The position numbers and the translations under genes are program-made. A stretch of 64,000 nt of DNA from Oligoflexia bacterium (GTDB lineage: Bacteria; Bdellovibrionota; UBA1018): positions 5,578 to 69,577 of the forward strand of contig JACMNQ010000033.1 of assembly GCA_014378465.1 (NCBI GenBank), read 5' to 3'. Below are positions 38,303 to 48,121 of the stretch, in pieces; the stretch's first letter is position 1; each line of letters opens with the position of its first letter. A model generated the notes under the pieces. That model did not search any database. It was not told where the DNA came from and was given only the letters and a program-made list of their open reading frames with translations.

Positions 38303-38388
38303 GCGATCGATTTCAACATTTTCAGCCTGTTTTTCAGGCATTTTTTCGGGAATTTTCCCGGCAAGCAGAAAGTTTAAAGAGTGGTTGA

Positions 38389-40278
38389 ATGTGCGGCATC
38401 GTAGGTTATGTAGGCAAACGTCCAGCGATTGATATTCTTCTCAAAGGCCTCAAGAGGCTCGAATACCGCGGGTATGATTCCGCTGGAGTCGCTTTCTTCA
38501 GCAGAGGCAAGCTTGAAGTCCGGAAGTCGCAAGGCAAGCTCGAAAACGTGGAAAGACTCATGGACGGCAGCTCCGAGCTCTTCGCGGATGCTCATTGCGG
38601 GATTGGCCACACTCGCTGGGCCACGCACGGAAAGCCCACCACTCAGAACGCGCATCCTCACCGCGCTGGACATGTCGTCATCGTCCATAACGGCATCATC
38701 GAAAACTACCAGGAGATCAAAGCCGAACTGATCTCACGCGGCCACAAGCCTGAGTCCGAAACGGACAGCGAACTTTTCGGATTTCTGGTGCTTGAAGCGA
38801 TGGAAAAAGGCCAGGATCTGGTCACGGCAGTCCGCACGAGCTTCGCTCACCTCGAAGGGGCCTGCAGCGTGGTCGTGATGTCGGAACGCGAACCCGGCAA
38901 AGTCGTCGGAGTCAGAAACGGCTCCCCGATGGCGGCGGCGTTTGATCCTCAGGGCGGAGCCATTCTCGCGAGCGATGCGCAGCCCATTCTCGAGTATACG
39001 AAAGAAGTCATTTTCCTGGAGAATGGTGACGTCGTCGTGGGCACCGAAAAAGGCCTCGCGTTCTTCGACCTCAAGACTGGAGCGCCTCTGGACCGCGTGG
39101 GAGAAATCCTCGACTGGTCCGTCGACAAGATTGATAAAGGGGGATTTCCTCACTTCATGCTCAAGGAAATTCACGAGCAGCCTGCGGCTCTGGTCGATAC
39201 GCTGAACGGCATCATGGACCGGGTGAAAACCAATCCCTTTCCACTCGCGGCTCAGCCTGGCGCGGACCTCCTCAGAACCGCCAAAGAGATCACTTTCGTC
39301 GCGTGTGGAACTTCCTGGCACGCGGCTTTGCTCGGAAAATACTGGATTGAGCGCTTCGCGAGAATTCCGGTCAATGTCGAGCTCGCGAGCGAGTTTCGTT
39401 ACCGGGATCCGGTTCTGGCTCCAGGCGCGCTCGTGATCGGCATGTCTCAGTCCGGTGAAACCGCCGACACGCTGGCCGTGATCCGCGATGTGAAGAAGCG
39501 CGGTTTCAAGACTCTCGGACTCACCAACGTCCGTGGCAGCACGCTCAGCCGCGAAGCGGACGCGATCTTCTACACTTCGGCCGGTCCTGAGATCGGGGTG
39601 GCGGCGACCAAAACTTTCACCACTCAGATGCTGGCAGTCCTGCTCTGGGCGGGATACCTCGGCATTGAGCACAAGGCGCCGCGCACGAGTCCAGCCGGAA
39701 CCCCGAACGCCAAGCCCATCAGTTTCGAGGAACTCTTTCATGAAATCGTGAAACTCCCGCACCAGATCAAGGAATGCCTCGATGACCCCCAGGGCATGAT
39801 CACTGCGGTTCGATCGGCTGCAAAGCAGCTTCAGAACATCAAAGGTTTCTTTTTCATCGGTCGCGGGTTTTCCTACCCGATCGCTCTCGAGGGCGCGCTC
39901 AAGCTGAAGGAAATCGCCTACGTTCATGCGGAAGGTTACGCGGCCGGAGAACTCAAGCACGGGCCGATCGCGATGATCGATCAGGACATGGCAGTGGTCG
40001 TTCTCGCCCCCCAGGACAGCTGGCGCGACAAGACCGTCTCCAATCTTGAAGAAGTCAAAGCGCGCGGTGCGAAGATCGTTGCCATCGGCGGCACTCACGA
40101 TCAGAATCTGAAGAATCTTTCTGATTTCTGGATTCCACTCCCGGCTCAGAAGGACGAGAGCCTGTTGCCGTTCCTCATGACTGCCGCGGTTCAGATGCTG
40201 AGTTACGAACTGGCGCTTCTGAAAGGTACCGATGTGGACAAGCCCAGGAATCTCGCAAAAAGCGTGACGGTCGAATAA
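38389..40278 (+). CDS. glmS: Glutamine-fructose-6-phosphate aminotransferase
   Basis: MCGIVG, GHTRWATHG, SQSGETADT and DKPRNLAKSVTVE motifs. Confidence 0.98.
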   Translation: MCGIVGYVGKRPAIDILLKGLKRLEYRGYDSAGVAFFSRGKLEVRKSQGKLENVERLMDGSSELFADAHCGIGHTRWATHGKPTTQNAHPHRAGHVVIVHNGIIENYQEIKAELISRGHKPESETDSELFGFLVLEAMEKGQDLVTAVRTSFAHLEGACSVVVMSEREPGKVVGVRNGSPMAAAFDPQGGAILASDAQPILEYTKEVIFLENGDVVVGTEKGLAFFDLKTGAPLDRVGEILDWSVDKIDKGGFPHFMLKEIHEQPAALVDTLNGIMDRVKTNPFPLAAQPGADLLRTAKEITFVACGTSWHAALLGKYWIERFARIPVNVELASEFRYRDPVLAPGALVIGMSQSGETADTLAVIRDVKKRGFKTLGLTNVRGSTLSREADAIFYTSAGPEIGVAATKTFTTQMLAVLLWAGYLGIEHKAPRTSPAGTPNAKPISFEELFHEIVKLPHQIKECLDDPQGMITAVRSAAKQLQNIKGFFFIGRGFSYPIALEGALKLKEIAYVHAEGYAAGELKHGPIAMIDQDMAVVVLAPQDSWRDKTVSNLEEVKARGAKIVAIGGTHDQNLKNLSDFWIPLPAQKDESLLPFLMTAAVQMLSYELALLKGTDVDKPRNLAKSVTVE

Positions 40279-41969
40279 TGGTTTCATCCCTGTTGACGGG
40301 TCTGGTTGCAGCTGTTGTCGTCAGTCTTGCATCGGTGATCCGTCATCCAGTTGGCATTGAGCTGGGAGCGCCGATCGTGCTCCTGGCCGTTACCCTCGTC
40401 GCGATGTTTCTTCAGCGATTCACGATCGACCGACATCCCGGCGATCAGCGCTATGACGGACTGTCAGATCTTTTCATTCACATCCATCTGCTTTCGGCTC
40501 CTGACTCTTCGGCACGCTGGACGGTTCGAGGCGTGATTTCCTTTCTGCTGCGTGTGGCAGGAGGGGCGGCCGGACCCGAAGGTGCCGCGACAGAACTTGC
40601 TCACGGACTGGCGATTCAGACTCGCAGTCAATCATCGCACTGGTTCGAGCAGCGCAGGCGAACGGACGTCGGGAGTGCACTCGCAGCCGGAATCGCGGCG
40701 GCATTCGGGGCTCCATTCGCCGCAGTGCTCATGACGATTGAACTGGGTATCGGGGGACGAACGCTTTCCGTTGCACTCAGTGCTCTCACGGCCTTTGTCG
40801 GGATGGAACTGATCCGGCTTTATTTTCCTTCCGTGGATCGAATGGTGTTTGAACAGATCTTTCAGGGCTACGATCTGATTCACTGGAACGATTGGTTGGC
40901 TTTCGCAGGAGTGGTCCTCAGTGTGAGTGCCCTGAGCATCCTCGTCATTCGTCTGATCCGGTACTTTCAGGAAAGTCTTCTGGATCTCTTTCAGACGCAG
41001 ACCTGGATGCGGGTGGTGGCAGGTGGCATTTTTCTGTTTCTGGTCGCCCTGGTCTACACCACGGGCCATGCACCGTCCTGGCATCTGCTGGAACAGGTTC
41101 TCAGTGCTCAGCTTCCCACTTCGCAGATCCTGCTGATCGCGGCGGCTCAGCTTCTCAGCATTGCCCTGGTGATCGCGGCCTTCGGAACCGTCGGTATTTT
41201 CTGGCCACTCTTCGCTCTCGGGGGCTTTGCCGGTTATTCAGTATTTCAAGGCATAGCTCCACTTCTGGGAATCGTTGCGGGCAAAGCTGATCTGGGAGCG
41301 CTTCTTGGAATGGTGGGCGCAAGCGCGATGTGGGGTTCCGTCCTTGGAATTCCGATGGCTGCGGCTGTGGTGGCGTACGAACTCACGCGCGACTTTCACG
41401 TCGTGATCCCGTGTTTCATCGGTGCAATGGTAGCCCGTGAAATCAGAAAGAATTTCAAAACTGCGCCGTTGATCCAGAGCAATCTTGAATCGCGCGGGCT
41501 GATCCTGAAGCAGGGGCGGTCCGCGGCCGTCCTCGACTCAATCCTCGTTCGTGATGCGATGGTCACGGATCATGAGACCGTGTACGAGCATGAACCGATC
41601 GCTGAGCTCCACAGCAAACTTCTGAAATCCAAACATCCTTTTCTGCCAGTGGTCAACCGCCTGGGAAATTATGTGGGAATCCTGACCATTGACATGATTC
41701 GAGACGGATTCAACTCAGAGCCCGACTCAGCGCTTTCAAGGCTGATCGAAGCGAAAGATCTGCTTTATAAATCCAATTTCAAGATGCCGACCGTGAAGGC
41801 CGGAGACGCACTCACCGTGACCTCGGGGCTTTTCGAACTCAGTGCCTGCATTCCGGTCCTGGCCGACGATGAAAGACTGCTGGGGCTGCTCTTTGCCCAT
41901 AATGTTCGAGTCGTTTATGACCGCGAAGTATCCAGGCGGTCACTCGTCCTTCAGACCTCTTATAAATAA
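40278..41969 (+). CDS. ClC-family channel/transporter with a CBS pair (divergent)
   Basis: GPEG, AAGIAAAFGAPFAA..E, GIFWP and YELT motifs; C-terminal CBS domains. Confidence 0.8.
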   Translation: MVSSLLTGLVAAVVVSLASVIRHPVGIELGAPIVLLAVTLVAMFLQRFTIDRHPGDQRYDGLSDLFIHIHLLSAPDSSARWTVRGVISFLLRVAGGAAGPEGAATELAHGLAIQTRSQSSHWFEQRRRTDVGSALAAGIAAAFGAPFAAVLMTIELGIGGRTLSVALSALTAFVGMELIRLYFPSVDRMVFEQIFQGYDLIHWNDWLAFAGVVLSVSALSILVIRLIRYFQESLLDLFQTQTWMRVVAGGIFLFLVALVYTTGHAPSWHLLEQVLSAQLPTSQILLIAAAQLLSIALVIAAFGTVGIFWPLFALGGFAGYSVFQGIAPLLGIVAGKADLGALLGMVGASAMWGSVLGIPMAAAVVAYELTRDFHVVIPCFIGAMVAREIRKNFKTAPLIQSNLESRGLILKQGRSAAVLDSILVRDAMVTDHETVYEHEPIAELHSKLLKSKHPFLPVVNRLGNYVGILTIDMIRDGFNSEPDSALSRLIEAKDLLYKSNFKMPTVKAGDALTVTSGLFELSACIPVLADDERLLGLLFAHNVRVVYDREVSRRSLVLQTSYK

Positions 41970-42082
41970 GCTCGTCAAGGGTCGAAGAGATGAGGGACGT
42001 TCGCGACTAAGTGCGTTAATAAAAGCCCAGTTTCGTCCCGGTTTGCAATCGTCTCCGCTGGCCCAACGTCCCGGATTGTGCG

Positions 42083-44620
42083 ATGAAATGGGCAATGATC
42101 GACTTTGACTCCGCGCCAGACAGCTCAGGCCCTCGCAATCGTTTCTGGAAGCCGGCTGCGCCTACCGGACCGGCCGTTCCTGCCCGAGTTTACGCCGAAG
42201 GGGAGCTGCCCGATTACGTGAACTCTCTCAATGAAATGCAGAAGGCGGCGGTCCTGATCACGGAAGGTCCGCTCATCGTTCTCGCGGGAGCCGGTTCCGG
42301 CAAGACCAAGATGCTCACTTCGCGAATCGCCTACCTGATGGATGTGCTGAGAGTGCCAGCTCACAACATCATGGCCGTGACTTTCACAAACAAGGCTTCC
42401 AAGGAAATGCGGGAGCGTGTCGAGCGCCATCTGGGCGAAGGTCATTCGGGTTACCTGGGAGCTCCGGAGATCGGAACTTTTCACTCGGTCTGCGTGAGGC
42501 TTCTGAGGCGCGAACAGGCTCACACTCCTTTCACCAAACCTTTCGTGATCTACGACGACTCGGATCAGCTGAGCCTGATCAAAGGCGTGGTCAGCAAACT
42601 CGGGATTGACGACAAGGCTTTCAGTCCGAAATCCTTTCAAGCGGCGATCAACGGCGCGAAGTGTGATGCGACCGAGCCGAAGGACATCGAACCGGCGCCT
42701 CATAATCTTTTCGAGCGCCAGTTCAAACGCGTTTACGAACAGTACCAGAAGGATCTTTTCGCGAACAATGCGCTCGATTTCGGTGAGATCATCTGCATGG
42801 CCTACCGAATTCTCCGCGATGATACGTCCGTGCGTGCGAAATACCAGCACCGCTTCCGCTACATTCATGTTGATGAGTATCAGGACACGAATCGGTCGCA
42901 GTACCTGCTTCTGTCAATGCTTGCAGGAGCCAAAGCGGGCGGACACCAGAACATCTGCGTGGTCGGGGATGAGGATCAATCCATTTACAAATGGCGTGGC
43001 GCGGACATTCGCAACATCCTGGATTTCGAGATCGATTATCCGGGTGCCCAGATCGTGAAGCTCGAACAGAACTACCGCTCCACTCAGACCATCATCACGG
43101 CCGCGGGCCAGGTGATCAAGAACAACAAGGAGCGCAAGGACAAGACACTTTGGACCGAGAATGAAGTGGGGATCCCGATCAACCGCGTGCAGTTGCCCGA
43201 TGAACGCGCTGAAGCGGAGATGATCATTTCCGAAATCAAGCGCTTGGCCGCCTATGAAGGCCGCTCCTACAAGGATTTCGCGATTTTCTACCGGACCCAC
43301 GCCCAGAGCCGTCAGTTTGAAGATGTCTTTCGTCGCGAAAAGATTCCGTATCAGATCGTCGGCGGTCTCAGATTTTACGATCGAAAAGAGATCAAGGACA
43401 TCCTTTCCTATTTCAAAGTCGTTCTGAATCCTCAAGATTCCATCAGCCTCAAGCGCGTCATCAACACTCCCGCCCGCGGGATTGGCAAAACGACTCTCGA
43501 CAAGCTGGATGAGCTGCAGCTTCGCATGGAACGATCGGAAGAGGCGAGTCCCACCCTGATCAATGAAAAGGGCGAGCTCGAGGATACGAGTTTCTGGTCG
43601 GCGCTGAGAAGAGCGGCGAAAGAAGCGTCCGTCACATCTGCCGGAACGGCAAAAAAGCTGGCCACCTTCGTGGGTTTCATCGAGCGCCTGATCGAAGAGC
43701 AGCCTCGCAAGAAACTCAGCGAGCTCTACCACTACATTCTGGATGAGACGGGTTACGTCAGTGAGCTTCGCAAGGAAGGCACCGAAGAAGCTTTTGCCCG
43801 CATCGAGAATCTGGAGGAGTTCGACACGCTCCTGCAGGAATTCGAAGAAGACCAGTTTGAAAAACTGCTCACGCAGCCTGATCGCGCGGATGTCGACCCT
43901 GATGAGCTCACGAAGCTCAAGACGGCGGAACTGCTCTCGCTCTTCATTGAGGAGTCCGCGCTGGCGTCTGACGTCGGCAACAAGGAGCCTCTGGCAGTGG
44001 CGATTCAGATGATGACTCTGCATTCGTCCAAGGGACTCGAGTATCCCGTCGTGTTTCTTCCGGGAATGGAAGAAGGCCTCTTTCCATCCGTGCGTCCATG
44101 GGAAGAAGCCGCTGATGCGGATGTCGAAGAAGAGCGCCGTCTCTGCTACGTGGGCATGACCCGCGCTCGCGAAGTGCTTTACATGACGAACGTTGTGGTT
44201 CGCAGGCTCTGGGGCAACGTCACTTATCAGGAGCCTGCGAGATTCTTCGCTGAAATCCCTGACGAGTTGGTGGAGTTCAAGGACCTCTCCCATGGAACGG
44301 GCGCCGGAGCCTTCCGTGCTGGATCCTCCCGGCAGCTCGGTTACAGCAATTCAGGTGCTGGAGGCGGAAAATTTGGCAGTGCCAGCCGCGAGCGCGATGA
44401 TTTCAATCAGGACACTGAACACCGCTGGAACCCATCACCCGCAGTGCAGCTCACCGGCGAACAGTCGGTGGTCGGCAAGAAGATCAAGCACCCGGATTAC
44501 GGCCTGGGCAAAATCCTGGCATCTGATGGATCCGGAAATGATCAGAAAGTGACCATTGAGTTCAGTGCCAAAGATCGTCGAAAATTCCTGCTGCGTTTTG
44601 TAAAAGACTACATCCAGTGA
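42083..44620 (+). CDS. uvrD: UvrD/PcrA DNA helicase
   Basis: AGAGSGKT, DEYQD, QSIYKWRGA, MTLHSSKGLEY and EERRLCYVGMTRA motifs; C-terminal Tudor-like domain. Confidence 0.95.
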   Translation: MKWAMIDFDSAPDSSGPRNRFWKPAAPTGPAVPARVYAEGELPDYVNSLNEMQKAAVLITEGPLIVLAGAGSGKTKMLTSRIAYLMDVLRVPAHNIMAVTFTNKASKEMRERVERHLGEGHSGYLGAPEIGTFHSVCVRLLRREQAHTPFTKPFVIYDDSDQLSLIKGVVSKLGIDDKAFSPKSFQAAINGAKCDATEPKDIEPAPHNLFERQFKRVYEQYQKDLFANNALDFGEIICMAYRILRDDTSVRAKYQHRFRYIHVDEYQDTNRSQYLLLSMLAGAKAGGHQNICVVGDEDQSIYKWRGADIRNILDFEIDYPGAQIVKLEQNYRSTQTIITAAGQVIKNNKERKDKTLWTENEVGIPINRVQLPDERAEAEMIISEIKRLAAYEGRSYKDFAIFYRTHAQSRQFEDVFRREKIPYQIVGGLRFYDRKEIKDILSYFKVVLNPQDSISLKRVINTPARGIGKTTLDKLDELQLRMERSEEASPTLINEKGELEDTSFWSALRRAAKEASVTSAGTAKKLATFVGFIERLIEEQPRKKLSELYHYILDETGYVSELRKEGTEEAFARIENLEEFDTLLQEFEEDQFEKLLTQPDRADVDPDELTKLKTAELLSLFIEESALASDVGNKEPLAVAIQMMTLHSSKGLEYPVVFLPGMEEGLFPSVRPWEEAADADVEEERRLCYVGMTRAREVLYMTNVVVRRLWGNVTYQEPARFFAEIPDELVEFKDLSHGTGAGAFRAGSSRQLGYSNSGAGGGKFGSASRERDDFNQDTEHRWNPSPAVQLTGEQSVVGKKIKHPDYGLGKILASDGSGNDQKVTIEFSAKDRRKFLLRFVKDYIQ

Positions 44621-44735
44621 AAGGGAAGTCCAGGCACGCAGGCGAACCGCCTGAACCGCATAAAAAGCGAATGCGCATTGCGTAAATTCGATCTCCATCC
44701 TTTTCATTCCTTCAGGCTTTGAATAAGCTCGGCCC

Positions 44736-45059
44736 ATGTCGCAAGCACCCGGAAAAATTGATGAAGACCTGACCCGCAAAGTGGCGGAGCTCGCACGCCT
44801 CGAAGTCAGCGACGCCGAAGTGAAACTTTTCACATCCCAGCTCGGTGACATTCTTTCTTACATCACGCAGCTTTCAGAAGTGGATGTGGGAACAGGCGAC
44901 CGCGAAATTCAGCCACTGATCCAGCCGATCGAACTCTCCACCCCTCTGCGTCAGGATGTGGCTCGAGCCTTCGGAGTGGATGAACAGGGAAATCCGCGAG
45001 TGATGAAATCCGCGCCGGAAGTCATGGACGGCGGCTACCAGGTTCCACCGGTCCTTTGA
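44736..45059 (+). CDS. gatC: Asp/Glu-tRNA amidotransferase subunit C
   Basis: VAELARL, LRQD and AP....Y.VP motifs; precedes gatA. Confidence 0.92.
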   Translation: MSQAPGKIDEDLTRKVAELARLEVSDAEVKLFTSQLGDILSYITQLSEVDVGTGDREIQPLIQPIELSTPLRQDVARAFGVDEQGNPRVMKSAPEVMDGGYQVPPVL

Positions 45060-45105
45060 AAATGCCAGGCGTGAGTTCACAAAGAGCGATGAGTGAGGAC
45101 TTAAA

Positions 45106-46584
45106 ATGAAAATTTCGGAAATTCATGATGCCTTCGACCAGAAGACTCTCTCCGTGCTGCAAATCACGCAGCAGTACCTCGCTGCCGCTCAGGCCAGCAA
45201 GCACAACGCTTTTCTCACGATCTGTGATCAGCGTGCGCTGGACCAGGCTCGCAAAGCCGACCAGGTTCTTGCCCGCGAAGGGAAAGTCCCGCGCGAAAAA
45301 CTTCCGCTCTTCGGCATTCCTCTCGCGATCAAGGATCTTCTGACGATTGAAGGGGTGCGCACCACCTGTGCGTCGAAGATGCTCGAGAATTATGTTCCGC
45401 CGTACACTTCGACTGCCGTTGCCCGCCTCGAAGCCGCGGGCGCGATCACGCTCGGAAAATTGAACATGGACGAGTTCGCCATGGGGGGGTCGAATGAAAA
45501 TTCCGCTTTCGGCCCTGTCGAGCACCCAACTCATCCAGGGTACGTGCCCGGAGGCTCCAGCGGCGGTTCAGCCACCGCGGTCAAAGCAAAGCTCTGTTTT
45601 GCATCACTGGGAACCGACACTGGAGGATCGATTCGACTTCCGGCCAGTTACTGCGGAGTGGTGGGGATGAAGCCCACCTATGGAATGATCAGCCGCTTTG
45701 GCCTGGTCGCGTTCGCTTCCTCACTCGACCAGGTCGGACCGATGACGGAAACTGTTGAAGACGCGGCACGCCTCCTCGAAGTGATGGCGGGCAACGATCC
45801 TCTGGATTCGACCACCACCCCGACGAAGAACTTTCCGATTCTGTCTGAGGCCATGAAGGAACCAAACTGGTCCGGACTCCGCATCGGCATCCCGCAGGAA
45901 TACACTTCGAAAGGTGGACTCACTCCTGAAGTCGACCGGGCGATTCAAAAGTCATTGAAGTGGTTCGAAGCCCAGGGCGCGAAACTTGTCCCGGTTTCGT
46001 TGCCGCATACGAAGTACGCGGTCTCGATCTACTACATCGTTGCGGTGAGTGAAGCTTCGAGCAATCTGTCGCGCATGGATGGGGTTCGTTTCGGCGTGAG
46101 AAACAAGGATGCCGATCAGGCTCCGAACCTCGCCGGCTTCTATAAAAAGGTTCGCTCCGGTTTCGGTCCTGAAGTGAAACGCCGGATCATCCTCGGTACC
46201 TTTGCGCTTTCGAGCGGTTACTATGACGCTTATTACAAGCGCGCCTGCCAGGTCAGGCGTCTGGTGAAAAATGACTTCGATCAGGCCTTCACCCAGTGTG
46301 ACGTCATCGCCGCTCCGGTTTCACAGTCCACCGCTTTCAAGCGCGGTGAGAAACTCAGCGATCCACTCGCCATGTACCTCAATGACATTTTCACCATTCC
46401 GGCCAATCTGGCAGGACTTCCGGCCCTGAGCGTACCCTGTGGTGCGGATTCGAGAGGTCTGTCCATCGGCCTGCAGCTGATGGGACCCCAGTACTCAGAC
46501 GGCAAGCTCCTTTCAGTCGCACGGGCTTTCGAAGTCGCGCACTCTGCTGATACGGCGACCGCGCAGTCAGGAGCTCGCTCATGA
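45106..46584 (+). CDS. gatA: Asp/Glu-tRNA amidotransferase subunit A
   Basis: GGSSGGSA, GTDTGGSIR and EVKRRIILG motifs. Confidence 0.96.
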   Translation: MKISEIHDAFDQKTLSVLQITQQYLAAAQASKHNAFLTICDQRALDQARKADQVLAREGKVPREKLPLFGIPLAIKDLLTIEGVRTTCASKMLENYVPPYTSTAVARLEAAGAITLGKLNMDEFAMGGSNENSAFGPVEHPTHPGYVPGGSSGGSATAVKAKLCFASLGTDTGGSIRLPASYCGVVGMKPTYGMISRFGLVAFASSLDQVGPMTETVEDAARLLEVMAGNDPLDSTTTPTKNFPILSEAMKEPNWSGLRIGIPQEYTSKGGLTPEVDRAIQKSLKWFEAQGAKLVPVSLPHTKYAVSIYYIVAVSEASSNLSRMDGVRFGVRNKDADQAPNLAGFYKKVRSGFGPEVKRRIILGTFALSSGYYDAYYKRACQVRRLVKNDFDQAFTQCDVIAAPVSQSTAFKRGEKLSDPLAMYLNDIFTIPANLAGLPALSVPCGADSRGLSIGLQLMGPQYSDGKLLSVARAFEVAHSADTATAQSGARS

Positions 46585-48092
46585 GCCATCAGCATCGTCT
46601 GGATACTGGCGCCGAATTTGAAGCGGTGATCGGCCTCGAAGTGCATTGTCAGCTGGCAACCGAATCCAAGATCTTCTGCAGCTGTCCCGCACGCAGGGTC
46701 GAAGGCAAATCGGTTTCCGAAATCGCGCCCAACCTGAACAGTTGTCCGATCTGCGCCGCACATCCGGGAACGCTTCCGGTTCTGAACCGCAAAGTCGTCG
46801 AGTATGCGATCCGCGCGGGCCTGGCCACTCACTGCACGATCGCGAAGAACAATGTCTTTGCGCGCAAGAATTATTTCTATCCGGATCTTCCGAAGGGCTA
46901 TCAGATCAGTCAGTACGACAAGCCGATCTGCGAGAACGGGTTCATCGAAATCTCAACTGGCTCGGTTCTCCGCAAGATTCCGATCCAGCGCATCCACATG
47001 GAAGAGGACGCTGGCAAGTCCGTGCACTCGGGTTCCTACACGACCGTGAACCTCAACCGCGCAGGAGTCCCTCTGGTCGAAATCGTCAGTGGGCCGGACC
47101 TCAGGTCGGCCGAAGAAGCGGGTGCCTACCTGCGAGCCCTTTATGCGATCGTCACCTACATCGGGATCTGCGACGGCAACCTTCAGGAAGGTAACTTTCG
47201 CTGTGATGCCAATGTGAGCGTCATGCCGAAAGGCTCCAAGGTTCTGGGTACTCGCGCGGAGATCAAGAACGTCAATTCCTTCAAGTTCGTGGAGAAGGCG
47301 ATCGAGTACGAAATTGTCCGTCAGATCAGCGTGATTCAGGGCGGTGGCAAGATCGTGCAGGAAACTCGCACCTATGACGCCGATCAGGACATCACGATCT
47401 CCATGCGCTCGAAGGAAGAAGCGCATGACTACCGTTACTTTCCTGACCCAGACCTCGTCTCCGTCCAGATTGATGACGCCTGGATCGAGCGCGTGCGCAA
47501 ATCACTTCCGGAACTGCCTGAGCAGAAGAAGACCCGGTATGTCGAAGAGCTCGGCCTCTCCGTTTACGATGCTGGCGTGCTGACCGGGTCTCAGACCCTG
47601 GCGGGTTTCTTCGAGCAGGTGCTTGAGCTTCTCGAGAAGTCGGGCATCGCCGCGAAGTCGGGCGCAAAGCCGGTGGCCAATCTTCTGACGGGCGAAGTGG
47701 CGCGTCGCCTGAATGAAGAGGCGATCGAAATCACCCAGAGTTTGCTGAAGCCCGAGCACCTCTCGGACGCTGTGCAACTGCTGCAGAGTGAGGCCCTCTC
47801 CAGTACTGGAGCGAAGCAGCTGCTGTCCATCGCCTGGAAGACGGGCGAAAAAGTTTCGGTCATCGTCAGCCGCGAAGGGCTCACGCAGGTCAGTGATGTC
47901 AGTACGCTCGAGCCCGCCATTGATCAGGTCATCGCAGCCAATCCCAAGCAGGTGGGCGCATTCCGCGCGGCCCCTGAGGAAAATGCAAAGCTCATCGGAT
48001 TTTTCGTCGGTCAGGTCATGAAAGCAACGGGCGGCAAGGCCAATCCCGGAATGCTTCAGGAACTGATCAAAACCAGGTTGCTCAAAGGTTGA
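46581..48092 (+). CDS. gatB: Asp/Glu-tRNA amidotransferase subunit B
   Basis: IGLEVH, RKNYFYPDLPKGYQISQ and DYRYFPDPDL motifs. Confidence 0.97.
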   Translation: MSHQHRLDTGAEFEAVIGLEVHCQLATESKIFCSCPARRVEGKSVSEIAPNLNSCPICAAHPGTLPVLNRKVVEYAIRAGLATHCTIAKNNVFARKNYFYPDLPKGYQISQYDKPICENGFIEISTGSVLRKIPIQRIHMEEDAGKSVHSGSYTTVNLNRAGVPLVEIVSGPDLRSAEEAGAYLRALYAIVTYIGICDGNLQEGNFRCDANVSVMPKGSKVLGTRAEIKNVNSFKFVEKAIEYEIVRQISVIQGGGKIVQETRTYDADQDITISMRSKEEAHDYRYFPDPDLVSVQIDDAWIERVRKSLPELPEQKKTRYVEELGLSVYDAGVLTGSQTLAGFFEQVLELLEKSGIAAKSGAKPVANLLTGEVARRLNEEAIEITQSLLKPEHLSDAVQLLQSEALSSTGAKQLLSIAWKTGEKVSVIVSREGLTQVSDVSTLEPAIDQVIAANPKQVGAFRAAPEENAKLIGFFVGQVMKATGGKANPGMLQELIKTRLLKG

Positions 48093-48121
48093 GACCGAAA
48101 GGTCAATTTGAAGGAGTCCCC

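Noticed and set aside
38303-38388. Possible glmS ribozyme between glmU and glmS
   Set aside because: Only 86 nt, without the conserved ribozyme core; it holds just degenerate TTTTC-GG-type repeats
38734-40287. 517-aa minus-strand ORF (likewise 42914-44293, 48056-49498, 14286-15410 and other long antisense ORFs)
   Set aside because: They lie antisense to well-supported genes (glmS, uvrD, asmA-like, tadB), have no recognisable motifs, and are expected shadows of biased codon usage
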